The translations under genes and the position numbers were made by a program. Below, piece after piece: positions 44,322 to 52,283 of a stretch of DNA of 64,000 bases. Positions within the stretch are counted from its first letter, which is position 1. Each line of letters opens with the position of its first letter. The stretch is from a virus. The DNA is taken from IMG/VR virus record IMGVR_UViG_3300045988_175722, positions 40,206-104,205 of that record. One strand, 5' to 3'. Under the pieces are notes generated by a model. It was not told where the DNA came from, made no database searches, and saw only the letters and a program-made list of their open reading frames with translations.

Positions 44322-45413
44322 ATGGAAAATTTATCTAAAGAACAGATTGTTCAGATTCTTGCCCCTGTCATTGGAGCCAGAATGCTTACCGCCGATCAGC
44401 GAGATGCTTTCGAGCAGGGTCTTTCCATTTTGGAAAGTACCACCAAGGCAAAATCATTTGTAAAAGACTCACGCCGATTTAAAGACTACCATCGCCGTGT
44501 GCGTCAGATGATAACTTATCTGCAAACCCTCGATGCCAGCAGCGCAGTTTCTGCCACCGATAAGCGACGTGTGGGCAGACCGACAAAAGAGGAACAGGCA
44601 GCCTATGCCGAGCTCCAAAAGCAGAAAGCCCTGGAAGAGGCAAAGCAATCCCTCTTCCCTAACATGAAGCCCGACACCACCGTGCAGCCGCTTACTTACA
44701 ATGGTATCGTAGCCAATCCAAACGGCGAGAGCATCGCAGCCACCATGCCAAACCTGATGCAGTTGCGTCCGTTCCTCTCTACCGCTCTTCAAGAGCAGGT
44801 GAACAACGTGCGTGATCTCCGCAGCGAAATGGCGAGCAAAGCAGAGCAGGCTAAGACGATGGCAGAAGCCAACGAGAAAGCTATCTCACAAGGTAAGAGC
44901 GCCATCTACACCGAGGATGAGATTGCCGCTCTCGCCACAAGAGCCGTAGAAATCGAGAGCGATATTCTCCCCGAAATCTTCAAGGCAGTAGATAGAGAGA
45001 TGGGTGAGTGCTACCTGCGACTGAGCGAGAAGACCGGAGACCCTGAGTATATCGCCTATGCAAAGAAGGCCTTCACCATCGACCCTCAGACCCTCCGCAC
45101 CCAGTTTAAGCCATTCTACGAGAAAGCGCAGTCTCGTGACCCTCGTTTCGCCGAGCAGGTAGCCGAGAAGATTGCCAGCGACCGCCCCGAAGTAAAGGCA
45201 GCCCGTGATGCAGCCGCCAAGCACAAGGCAGAAGCCGATGCCCTTATCAAGTACATCATCCGCAAGGATAAACCATCTACCAAGACAAGAGTAAAAGGCA
45301 TCAAGGGCCGTATCGACGATCTCCGCAACAAATACTCCGACGTAGTAACCGAGGAGGAACTAAAAGGCTATGAAGCCATCCTCGCCAAAACAGAAGAGGA
45401 AAGTGCGTCTTAG
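44322..45413 (+). CDS. hypothetical protein, helical/coiled-coil-like
   Basis: 363-aa ORF, Ala/Glu/Lys-rich. Confidence 0.55.
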   Translation: MENLSKEQIVQILAPVIGARMLTADQRDAFEQGLSILESTTKAKSFVKDSRRFKDYHRRVRQMITYLQTLDASSAVSATDKRRVGRPTKEEQAAYAELQKQKALEEAKQSLFPNMKPDTTVQPLTYNGIVANPNGESIAATMPNLMQLRPFLSTALQEQVNNVRDLRSEMASKAEQAKTMAEANEKAISQGKSAIYTEDEIAALATRAVEIESDILPEIFKAVDREMGECYLRLSEKTGDPEYIAYAKKAFTIDPQTLRTQFKPFYEKAQSRDPRFAEQVAEKIASDRPEVKAARDAAAKHKAEADALIKYIIRKDKPSTKTRVKGIKGRIDDLRNKYSDVVTEEELKGYEAILAKTEEESAS

Positions 45414-45450
45414 AAATACAAAAGGCAAGAAGCGTCTTGCTAGCTTGCAC

Positions 45451-45487
45451 CACCGTTCCCAGCGATTCCATCGCTGGGTTCTTTTTT
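45451..45487 (+). terminator. gene-boundary hairpin element copy 12, terminator-type variant
   Basis: The stem is extended to CCCAGCGAT/ATCGCTGGG and followed by TTCTTTTTT. Confidence 0.7.
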
Positions 45488-45521
45488 GTCCCCCCTAATA
45501 AGAAAAAATCTCCTATCTTTG
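45485..45521 (+). promoter_or_regulatory. bipartite promoter P5
   Basis: TTTGTCCCCCC, then a 25-nt gap after the TTTG, then TATCTTTG. It is fused to the T-run of hairpin element copy 12. Confidence 0.45.
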
Positions 45522-45545
45522 CCTTATAAATAAAAAGAAAAAGCA

Positions 45546-46223
45546 ATGGCAAAAAATAAAGAAACCCCCGAACAGCGCACCCAGCGGTTCAAATCCCTCT
45601 GCATCGGCATCCTTGCCCAGAGCGGCAACTGCCAGGAATCGCAGTCAGCTTTCCATCGGGCAGAATCCATCCCCGATATGTGCGAGGCGTGGCGCAAGTA
45701 CTGGCACGGTTTAATCACTGAGGTGCCGCAGCAGGTAATAGATGCTTTCAAGGCGGTTTATCCTGAATTTAAGGCAGATATAAACCGAGGCGGTATCTTT
45801 TACAACGAAGACTCGCCCACCGGAAACGTTCTTGTGGGCGATACCGATGAAATTATCCATCTCTACTCCTCCCGAAAGATATACATCCTCGGTAAGGCGC
45901 ACGTGGTGCTCCATAATGCCGCCACTGCCATCGCCATGAACCCCCACTGCAAGGTAGAACTCTACGATGGCAGCAAGGCAACGCTGAAGGCAGGTTACGG
46001 CATAGCCCACAACTATGCCCACCTGGTAACTTGCGGCGAAGCCGAGTGTTACGACCAGAGTGTGGTTTTCATTACCGATGGCACCCTTCACGACTACGGG
46101 CACAAGAAAATCAACGCCTTCGGTAATGCCCTGGTGGACACCTTTACCCATCGTCTGATTGACACCTACGATAGGGCGAGAATTGAAGTAAGGAAGCAGC
46201 CATCAGAACCATTCATCGTATGA
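45546..46223 (+). CDS. hypothetical protein
   Basis: 225-aa ORF. Confidence 0.55.
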   Translation: MAKNKETPEQRTQRFKSLCIGILAQSGNCQESQSAFHRAESIPDMCEAWRKYWHGLITEVPQQVIDAFKAVYPEFKADINRGGIFYNEDSPTGNVLVGDTDEIIHLYSSRKIYILGKAHVVLHNAATAIAMNPHCKVELYDGSKATLKAGYGIAHNYAHLVTCGEAECYDQSVVFITDGTLHDYGHKKINAFGNALVDTFTHRLIDTYDRARIEVRKQPSEPFIV

Positions 46224-46266
46224 TGAAGCATTCACAGATAAACATCAAAGAAATAAACACCAGAAA

Positions 46267-49161
46267 ATGAACTCACATCTCGCAATATTAATCAACGACA
46301 AGCCGGTAGCCCTGCCCGATGATTTCTCCATCGATATAGAGGATCAGAACCCCGTGTTCAACGATACGGAGATGTTCTCCTATCCTTTCTCTATTCCCCT
46401 GGATGGCAATCGCTGGCTTGTCAAGAACATAGAAGACGTGCATGCTGCCGTGAGAGCCGTGAACATGGAGCATTTGCCTACCCGAATCCATGCCGACGGA
46501 CTTCCCTTCCGCAGCGGTACCCTGGTGATGCAGGACGATGAGGAGATAACCAACTCGCTTTCGATGAATATCGATGCCAGCACGCAGAGTTTCAGCGACC
46601 TGATCAGCAACCTGCAATGCCGGGATATTCCGGTCAAAGACCAGCTTATCATCGGCGAGAAGATAGGCAATGTAAGGGTGGATATTTGGAGCAATCCGAC
46701 CATCCAGGTGCATCTTCACAGCGACGGCAAGAAGGGCGGCAAGAATGCCACCGCTACCGTGAAAGCCACTCCTCTCAGGGCAAGTAAAGTGCTTGAACCG
46801 CAGGCACTCGGTTTCTCCTATCCTGGCTCTTGCAGGGAATACACATATAATACAAGTGACCACCATATCGGCGATGCCTACAACAAAGGCACGAAGTCAT
46901 ACGCTGCCAGCAAGGTGAACGTCAATATTCCGCAGGAAATTTCGCAGGGAAGCTATATCAATACCTCGGCCGCCTATGGCGAAACCGATAACGCAGGCAG
47001 GGCTACCGCATATTGCAATGCCCGCATTTGCTACAGACATCATGCGCTGGAAGATGATGGCAGTACGTCGAGCGACACCATCAAGATGGATAAGTGTACA
47101 TGGATAGATGAGGATCTTTATCCTTACTGGGTATTGGATGCCAAGCGTCCGCAATCGGGTATCTGCTTCTACGTGCTCTATTTCCTGGATTGCCTCTTCG
47201 CTCATCTGGGCGTAAGTTTCGACAAAAGAGCTTTGCTAAAGATAGAAGACTTGAAGCATCTCTGTTTCTTCACCACTGTTTGCGGCTACGATACCATCGA
47301 ACACCCACATCACGGCGATTATTACGAAGCGAAGGAAATTCAGGATGCCAAGGATATTGTCAACGACAAAAAGTACAAAAAAGGCAGCAATCCAGAGGCG
47401 GAGATTATCGCCGAAAAATCGGTAGGAGAAATCAAGACGGGTTTTTTCTCCTCTCAGGAACACATCAATTCCTGGCTCGAAAGCCGCGGTTGCGGCGGTC
47501 AGATTGAGATAACCAAAGCCGAGGATAAGGAGGTGCAGGAACTCGACCTTGCCGTAACGGAAAATGGCGTGACGACTACCCGTCATATTCAGGTGGGAGA
47601 GGTGGTTACTTTTCCTCCTGGCAAGGGAATGAAGGTAACGGGTATTACCATTGAATCGAATATTGAGAAATTCGAGGTACAGGGCAATGTGCTCTATATG
47701 GTAGCCAATAGCGACAACTTCCCCGACGAGAGTGTAAGTACCGTTATTTCTTCGCTCGAGAATGCGTTTGGTATCAAGTTCTCTTACGATTACGAACAGA
47801 AGAAAGTAACCGCTTATCTCACTCGTGATATTCTCCGCAGAAGCGGTGATACGCCAAGAAATTTCCACGCCAACATCCACTCGATGGTGCCCATGAGCGA
47901 GAAGATTACGGGTGTGCGTATGCGATATTCTGCCGAAGCCGACAAAAAAGAGCAGCAGGGCTACACCAAGCGCAACGCCCAGGGAGATTATCTTGATTCC
48001 GGCTACGACACCGATTATAACTATACGGAATACCCTCTGCCCGATGGCGACTCGAGCAAATCGGGTAGAACCATTACCAACATGAAATACGTAGAATTTT
48101 TCCACAACATCAGTAACCCTGGTGATAGAAATTGCTACATCGACCGCGCCACTGGCAATGCTTATCGCGTAAAGGTAAACAAGGAAGCAAGGACTTCCAA
48201 TGAGCTGAAACCTGTATTGTTCGAGGTGGGTCAGTTCAAGGGTGTTGAGTATGGGGATTGCCGTGAAGAGAATGAGGATTTCATCCACGACATCAGTATA
48301 GATTTCACGCCAGTACCCTTCAATGACGTAAACTACTTCAAGGAGGTGGAAGCCGCTTATGGTATTCACTCCGCAAAGGGCGATAACGGCGAAGATTATC
48401 TTGCCAATATCAGGGGGGTGCAGCAGCCTATTCTCTGCGCTTATGTAGATGAGGATATGGAGCACGAGTTTGTAGAGCAGGAAATCAACCAGGTTATCTC
48501 TTCTGCCTTCTGCAATTACTATATGAAGCAGAAACTGAAGCTCGTGGAAAGCTATGACCCGTCGGGTACCGATGATGGCAATTCTCCTTTGCAGGATAAA
48601 TCCCGTTGGGGCTTTGCGGTAGCCTTGATGCGAGGCGGTGGCAGCGATGCCACCCTGCAACCTTACGATTACAACTACGACCATTTTGGTACATCCAAAT
48701 GGCGCACCAATGCCGGTGAGTATGCCCTAGCCTGCGATTCACTGGACATGATGGGCAATGTGTTTGATTATAACGGTGTGCAGGAAGGTGTAGGCACTGG
48801 AGAGCGTTTCTCGCTAAAAATACGAGCTTTCAAGGAGCCATCGTGGATGAATGATCCGAAATACAAGGATATAGTGGTCTGCAATGAAGATGAGATAGAT
48901 GAGAACGGGGAGGTAGTAACTAAAATCCGCTCCCGTGGTCTCTTTGATACCTTCATTCTCCCCTACGCCTATTTCCTCTTGAATAGGAAGAAATTCAAAA
49001 TAAGATGCACCACCACGGTAGCCCAGGTTGCTGATATACCAAACCACTGGCAGGAATGGTGGAACATAGGCGGCATGAAGTGCCTCATTGACAAGGTAAA
49101 CACCACCATCGATGCCAAGACGGGCATGGGCGAAGTAGAGCTAACGGTATATGCCCTCTAA
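46267..49161 (+). CDS. large virion protein (baseplate or tail-associated, unassigned)
   Basis: 964-aa ORF. No catalytic motif recognised. Confidence 0.6.
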   Translation: MNSHLAILINDKPVALPDDFSIDIEDQNPVFNDTEMFSYPFSIPLDGNRWLVKNIEDVHAAVRAVNMEHLPTRIHADGLPFRSGTLVMQDDEEITNSLSMNIDASTQSFSDLISNLQCRDIPVKDQLIIGEKIGNVRVDIWSNPTIQVHLHSDGKKGGKNATATVKATPLRASKVLEPQALGFSYPGSCREYTYNTSDHHIGDAYNKGTKSYAASKVNVNIPQEISQGSYINTSAAYGETDNAGRATAYCNARICYRHHALEDDGSTSSDTIKMDKCTWIDEDLYPYWVLDAKRPQSGICFYVLYFLDCLFAHLGVSFDKRALLKIEDLKHLCFFTTVCGYDTIEHPHHGDYYEAKEIQDAKDIVNDKKYKKGSNPEAEIIAEKSVGEIKTGFFSSQEHINSWLESRGCGGQIEITKAEDKEVQELDLAVTENGVTTTRHIQVGEVVTFPPGKGMKVTGITIESNIEKFEVQGNVLYMVANSDNFPDESVSTVISSLENAFGIKFSYDYEQKKVTAYLTRDILRRSGDTPRNFHANIHSMVPMSEKITGVRMRYSAEADKKEQQGYTKRNAQGDYLDSGYDTDYNYTEYPLPDGDSSKSGRTITNMKYVEFFHNISNPGDRNCYIDRATGNAYRVKVNKEARTSNELKPVLFEVGQFKGVEYGDCREENEDFIHDISIDFTPVPFNDVNYFKEVEAAYGIHSAKGDNGEDYLANIRGVQQPILCAYVDEDMEHEFVEQEINQVISSAFCNYYMKQKLKLVESYDPSGTDDGNSPLQDKSRWGFAVALMRGGGSDATLQPYDYNYDHFGTSKWRTNAGEYALACDSLDMMGNVFDYNGVQEGVGTGERFSLKIRAFKEPSWMNDPKYKDIVVCNEDEIDENGEVVTKIRSRGLFDTFILPYAYFLLNRKKFKIRCTTTVAQVADIPNHWQEWWNIGGMKCLIDKVNTTIDAKTGMGEVELTVYAL

Positions 49162-49171
49162 CTCCCTCTCG

Positions 49172-49202
49172 CCCCCGTTCCCAGCGATTCCACCGCTGGT
49201 CC
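49172..49202 (+). repeat. gene-boundary hairpin element copy 13
   Basis: The right arm is ACCGCTGG. It lies 11 nt after the stop at 49161. Confidence 0.8.
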
Positions 49203-49232
49203 CATAACAAGAAACATAAAAACGAAATAAAA

Positions 49233-50441
49233 ATGGATAGAAAAATAATAATCACCGGAACCGGCATCCTTTCCGCTATGGGCAGGAATACAAAGGAAGT
49301 AGCCATGAATCTTTATCATGGCAAATGCGGCTTGCATCATGATGAATGCCGTGATAACTACATCTCCGATTTATGCGGCGACGTGTGTAGCTACGAAAAA
49401 GATTACCATGATATTCTTACTCATGCACAATGCGAATGTATGCCTGTACACGGTTTCGACGTGCTCGATGCAGTATTCGAGGCGCTGAAGGAAGCAAAGG
49501 TTAGTAAAGAGTTCTTGGAAAACCATAACGTTTCCATCGTCGTAAGCAACGATTCTGAATGCTACGAGAGTAGGTGTGTAGTGAATCATGTAGATGAGGA
49601 CAACTTCAATAATTCCTTGCCGGTAAGTACCCTCTTCCGCTCACTTAATTCCACCATCAGCATGAACCTGGCTACCATCCTCGGTATTCATGGCTTATCA
49701 CTTACTGTAAGCGCAGCTTGTGCAGGAGGTGGCCACGCCATTGGTTTGGCGAAGATGCTTCTCGATAGCAAACAGACCGAAATGGTAATTGTGGTTGGCG
49801 CGCAGGAATACGAGTCTCAATATTGCATGGAAGCTTTCGATGCCCTGGGTGTCTTCTCACCCGATAAAGTGCAGCCATTTGGTAAAGGCAGAAATGGACT
49901 CGCACCATCGGGCGGTGCAGCCTGCATCATCCTCGAACCATCGGATAGCCTTCGCCTGAAAGAAGAGAAAGTGCATTCCTTCGCTTCTCTTTCCGGCTAT
50001 AGCTTTTCAACAACCGGAAAAGCTATCACTACTCCTGATGCCTATCAGGAAGAAGTATCTATGGTCAATGCCATCGAGAACGCGGGTCTGGATGAAGGCA
50101 TGATAGATGTGGTTCTCGCCCACGCCACGGGTACCCCAATGGGTGATGCAGCGGAAGCGGAAGCCATCGGAAAGATTTTCTCTATCTGTCCGAATGTGGT
50201 AGCCACGAAGGGCATGACAGGCCACGAGTGCTGGATGGCAGGCGTATCGCAAGCCGTGCAAGCCGTAATCATGTTCACCTATGGCCGTCTGTTTCATGCA
50301 GCCACTACCGAGGAGAATGCCTTCCCGGAATTGAACCTGGTGATGCGCCCTAAGTATTACTCACCTCATCATATCCTCTGCAATGCCTTCGGTTTTGGTG
50401 GTACCAACGCATCCTTTGTCGTCTCAAAGGTTCCTCGTTAG
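49233..50441 (+). CDS. beta-ketoacyl-ACP synthase (KAS I/II type)
   Basis: Active-site Cys in SAACAGGGHAIG, His in HATGTPMGD, Lys/His in ATKGMTGHECW, and C-terminal NAFGFGGTNASFVV. Confidence 0.85.
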   Translation: MDRKIIITGTGILSAMGRNTKEVAMNLYHGKCGLHHDECRDNYISDLCGDVCSYEKDYHDILTHAQCECMPVHGFDVLDAVFEALKEAKVSKEFLENHNVSIVVSNDSECYESRCVVNHVDEDNFNNSLPVSTLFRSLNSTISMNLATILGIHGLSLTVSAACAGGGHAIGLAKMLLDSKQTEMVIVVGAQEYESQYCMEAFDALGVFSPDKVQPFGKGRNGLAPSGGAACIILEPSDSLRLKEEKVHSFASLSGYSFSTTGKAITTPDAYQEEVSMVNAIENAGLDEGMIDVVLAHATGTPMGDAAEAEAIGKIFSICPNVVATKGMTGHECWMAGVSQAVQAVIMFTYGRLFHAATTEENAFPELNLVMRPKYYSPHHILCNAFGFGGTNASFVVSKVPR

Positions 50442-50450
50442 TCTTTCCCG

Positions 50451-50525
50451 CAAAGTCTTCCGTTAGGCGTTCCAACAAAGTCTTCCGTTAGGCGTTCCAA
50501 CAAAGTCTTCCGTTAGGCGTTCCGG
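50451..50525 (+). repeat. 25-bp tandem repeat x3
   Basis: CAAAGTCTTCCGTTAGGCGTTCCAA repeated three times. The third copy runs into IR-B. Confidence 0.9.
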
Positions 50526-50695
50526 CGGATTTGAAATCCGCCGTCAAAAAAGGTCCCAACCTATAAAACCGGGGGATTTGCAATCCCCCAATCATTATCA
50601 GCACCCTTGCTTGCTGCGGATTTCAAATCCGCAGGGCATAAAAAGGTTGGGTCATTTCTTAACGGCGGATTTCAAATCCGCCGAGCGCCTAGCGG
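50501..50695. repeat. composite palindrome-cluster repeat IR-B (inverted copy of IR-A)
   Basis: Palindromes at 50524, 50571 (GGGGGATTTGCAATCCCCC), 50614 and 50664. It aligns with the reverse complement of 40685-40878. Confidence 0.8.
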
Positions 50696-50751
50696 GATAA
50701 AGCGCCTAGCAGGATAAAGCGCCTAGCGGGATCGAGCACCTAGCGGAAGAT
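50684..50751 (+). repeat. 17-bp tandem repeat x4
   Basis: AGCGCCTAGCGGGATAA, AGCGCCTAGCAGGATAA, AGCGCCTAGCGGGATCG, AGCACCTAGCGGAAGAT. Confidence 0.85.
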
Positions 50752-50804
50752 AAGGATTTGCAATCCGCACAATCAAAATTCAAACAATATTTCAGCAAAA
50801 AGCA

Positions 50805-51056
50805 ATGAAGCAAGAAGAAATAACCCCTCGCATCATCGGCATCGTGAATAGTTTAAAAACCTCGTGGGTCAACCACGAGGTTACGCCTTCTTCTAATCTC
50901 CGAGACGAAATCCAGCTTGAATCCATCGATATGCTCGATATGATTCAGCAGGTGGAAATGATGTTCCATATCAGAATCACACCCGAGGAAGCCGCGAAAT
51001 GTAAGCTCGTCTCCGATGTAATCAACCTGGTTTCTATTAAACAAAAGCAAAAGTAA
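50805..51056 (+). CDS. acyl carrier protein
   Basis: 83 aa. LESIDMLDMIQQVEMMFHIRITPEE fits the ACP DSL-helix II pattern, with Ser in ESID as the candidate phosphopantetheine site. Confidence 0.7.
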   Translation: MKQEEITPRIIGIVNSLKTSWVNHEVTPSSNLRDEIQLESIDMLDMIQQVEMMFHIRITPEEAAKCKLVSDVINLVSIKQKQK

Positions 51057-51057
51057 T

Positions 51058-52125
51058 ATGGCAAAGAAAATCACCCTTACATCGGGTTCCATCCTCGCCG
51101 GAAACCCGATAACGCTCTCTATTCAGCCCGAGGTACTGAAATCTCCCACCTTTCATCGTGTCATTGTGGAAGTAACCTTTTCCAATCTTCAGGATGATTA
51201 CGAAACCGTGGCACTCTCGGTTCCCGTGACCCAGGAAAAAGAAGGTGCAGAGGTGTCTCTCGATATCTCTTCCGCCATCCGCATTCCGCTGGATAGCTAC
51301 ACCTACTCGCCGCTACCTGCCACCTATCCCAAGGTAAGCTGGTACGTAAGAGCCTACGATGAGTACATGGATAACAACGGCAGACTGCATACGGGCGCAG
51401 ACACGGGTGCGGTTTATTTTCCGCAAGCACCGCTAAACGGCATCAACACCAACCTGCGCTGCATAGCGGGTGCCTTCAACGATATGGAACGATTAAAAGC
51501 TGGTGTAACGAAAGCCGTGACGAATCTTTCCGCCAAGCCTACATCAAGTCCGGAACCATTCGTAGTAGGCGAATCCTTCATCTACCCAGTTCCTTATGCA
51601 GAGCCGCAGACGTTAGCCGCTAGTGCTACCCTGGCCGCGCCCTCGTCTTCTGGAACCATCATCTTTCAAGAAGGCATGCAGACCATCAATGACCACCACC
51701 CTATCTACGCCCTACCCGATACGGAAGCAGAAAACCGCACCACCTTCCGCTTCATCAACCGTTTCGGTTGCCTGGAAAGCGTAAATGTGCCGAAAAGCTA
51801 CAGCCAGAAGATGAGTGCGGACAGCGCATCCTATACCATCGCCAAGCAGGAAACCTTCAATGAGTTTTCTCACTTCGTCATTCACAAGCAGAATGACCGG
51901 GAATCCTGGCTTTTCCAAACCGACCCGTTAGATAAAGAGTGGCTGCAATGGTACTATCACGAGTTTCTGATGGCAAAGCATGTATGGCTGAAAATCTCCG
52001 ATACCTGGGTTCCATGCACCATTGCCCTGGAGGATGAAATCACCATCAAGGACGATACCGCGCATACGTATCACGCCGTAAGCTTCACGGCAACGCTGGG
52101 TATCAACGGAAGCCCACTAGTGTAG
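51058..52125 (+). CDS. hypothetical virion protein
   Basis: 355-aa ORF that starts 1 nt after the ACP stop. Confidence 0.55.
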   Translation: MAKKITLTSGSILAGNPITLSIQPEVLKSPTFHRVIVEVTFSNLQDDYETVALSVPVTQEKEGAEVSLDISSAIRIPLDSYTYSPLPATYPKVSWYVRAYDEYMDNNGRLHTGADTGAVYFPQAPLNGINTNLRCIAGAFNDMERLKAGVTKAVTNLSAKPTSSPEPFVVGESFIYPVPYAEPQTLAASATLAAPSSSGTIIFQEGMQTINDHHPIYALPDTEAENRTTFRFINRFGCLESVNVPKSYSQKMSADSASYTIAKQETFNEFSHFVIHKQNDRESWLFQTDPLDKEWLQWYYHEFLMAKHVWLKISDTWVPCTIALEDEITIKDDTAHTYHAVSFTATLGINGSPLV

Positions 52126-52141
52126 CTAATAGTCAGTCCTG

Positions 52142-52181
52142 CCCCCGTTCCCAGCGATTCCATCGCTGGGTTCTTTTTTTT
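52142..52181 (+). terminator. gene-boundary hairpin element copy 14, terminator-type variant
   Basis: Extended stem CCCAGCGAT/ATCGCTGGG followed by TTCTTTTTTTT. Confidence 0.7.
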
Positions 52182-52215
52182 GTCCCACCCATTTCCTCCT
52201 TTTCTCGTACCTTTG
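52179..52215 (+). promoter_or_regulatory. bipartite promoter P6
   Basis: TTTGTCCC, then a 25-nt gap, then TACCTTTG. It is fused to the T-run of hairpin element copy 14. Confidence 0.45.
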
Positions 52216-52283
52216 CATTATCACATTCAAAGAAGAAGTATCGCATACACAAACATCAAAAAATAATAATAAAGGAAAGATAA

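Noticed and set aside
47236-48684. A 482-aa ORF on the minus strand.
   Set aside because: It lies entirely antisense to the 964-aa + strand gene 46267..49161, within a co-directional operon. Its composition looks like an antisense shadow (rich in I, V, L, F and R) and it has no start context. The same reasoning applies to 46288..46866, 53652..54266, 60323..61039, 55706..56233, 28587..29240, 31371..32015, 19683..20240, 23102..23728, 17916..18467, 10933..11586, 15239..15766 and the other shorter antisense ORFs in the track.
50451-50751. A possible CRISPR array, suggested by regularly repeated palindromic units.
   Set aside because: The repeats are contiguous tandem 25-mers and 17-mers with no unique spacers. 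The palindromes are irregularly spaced, and the unit recurs inverted at 40.7 kb. No cas genes are present.
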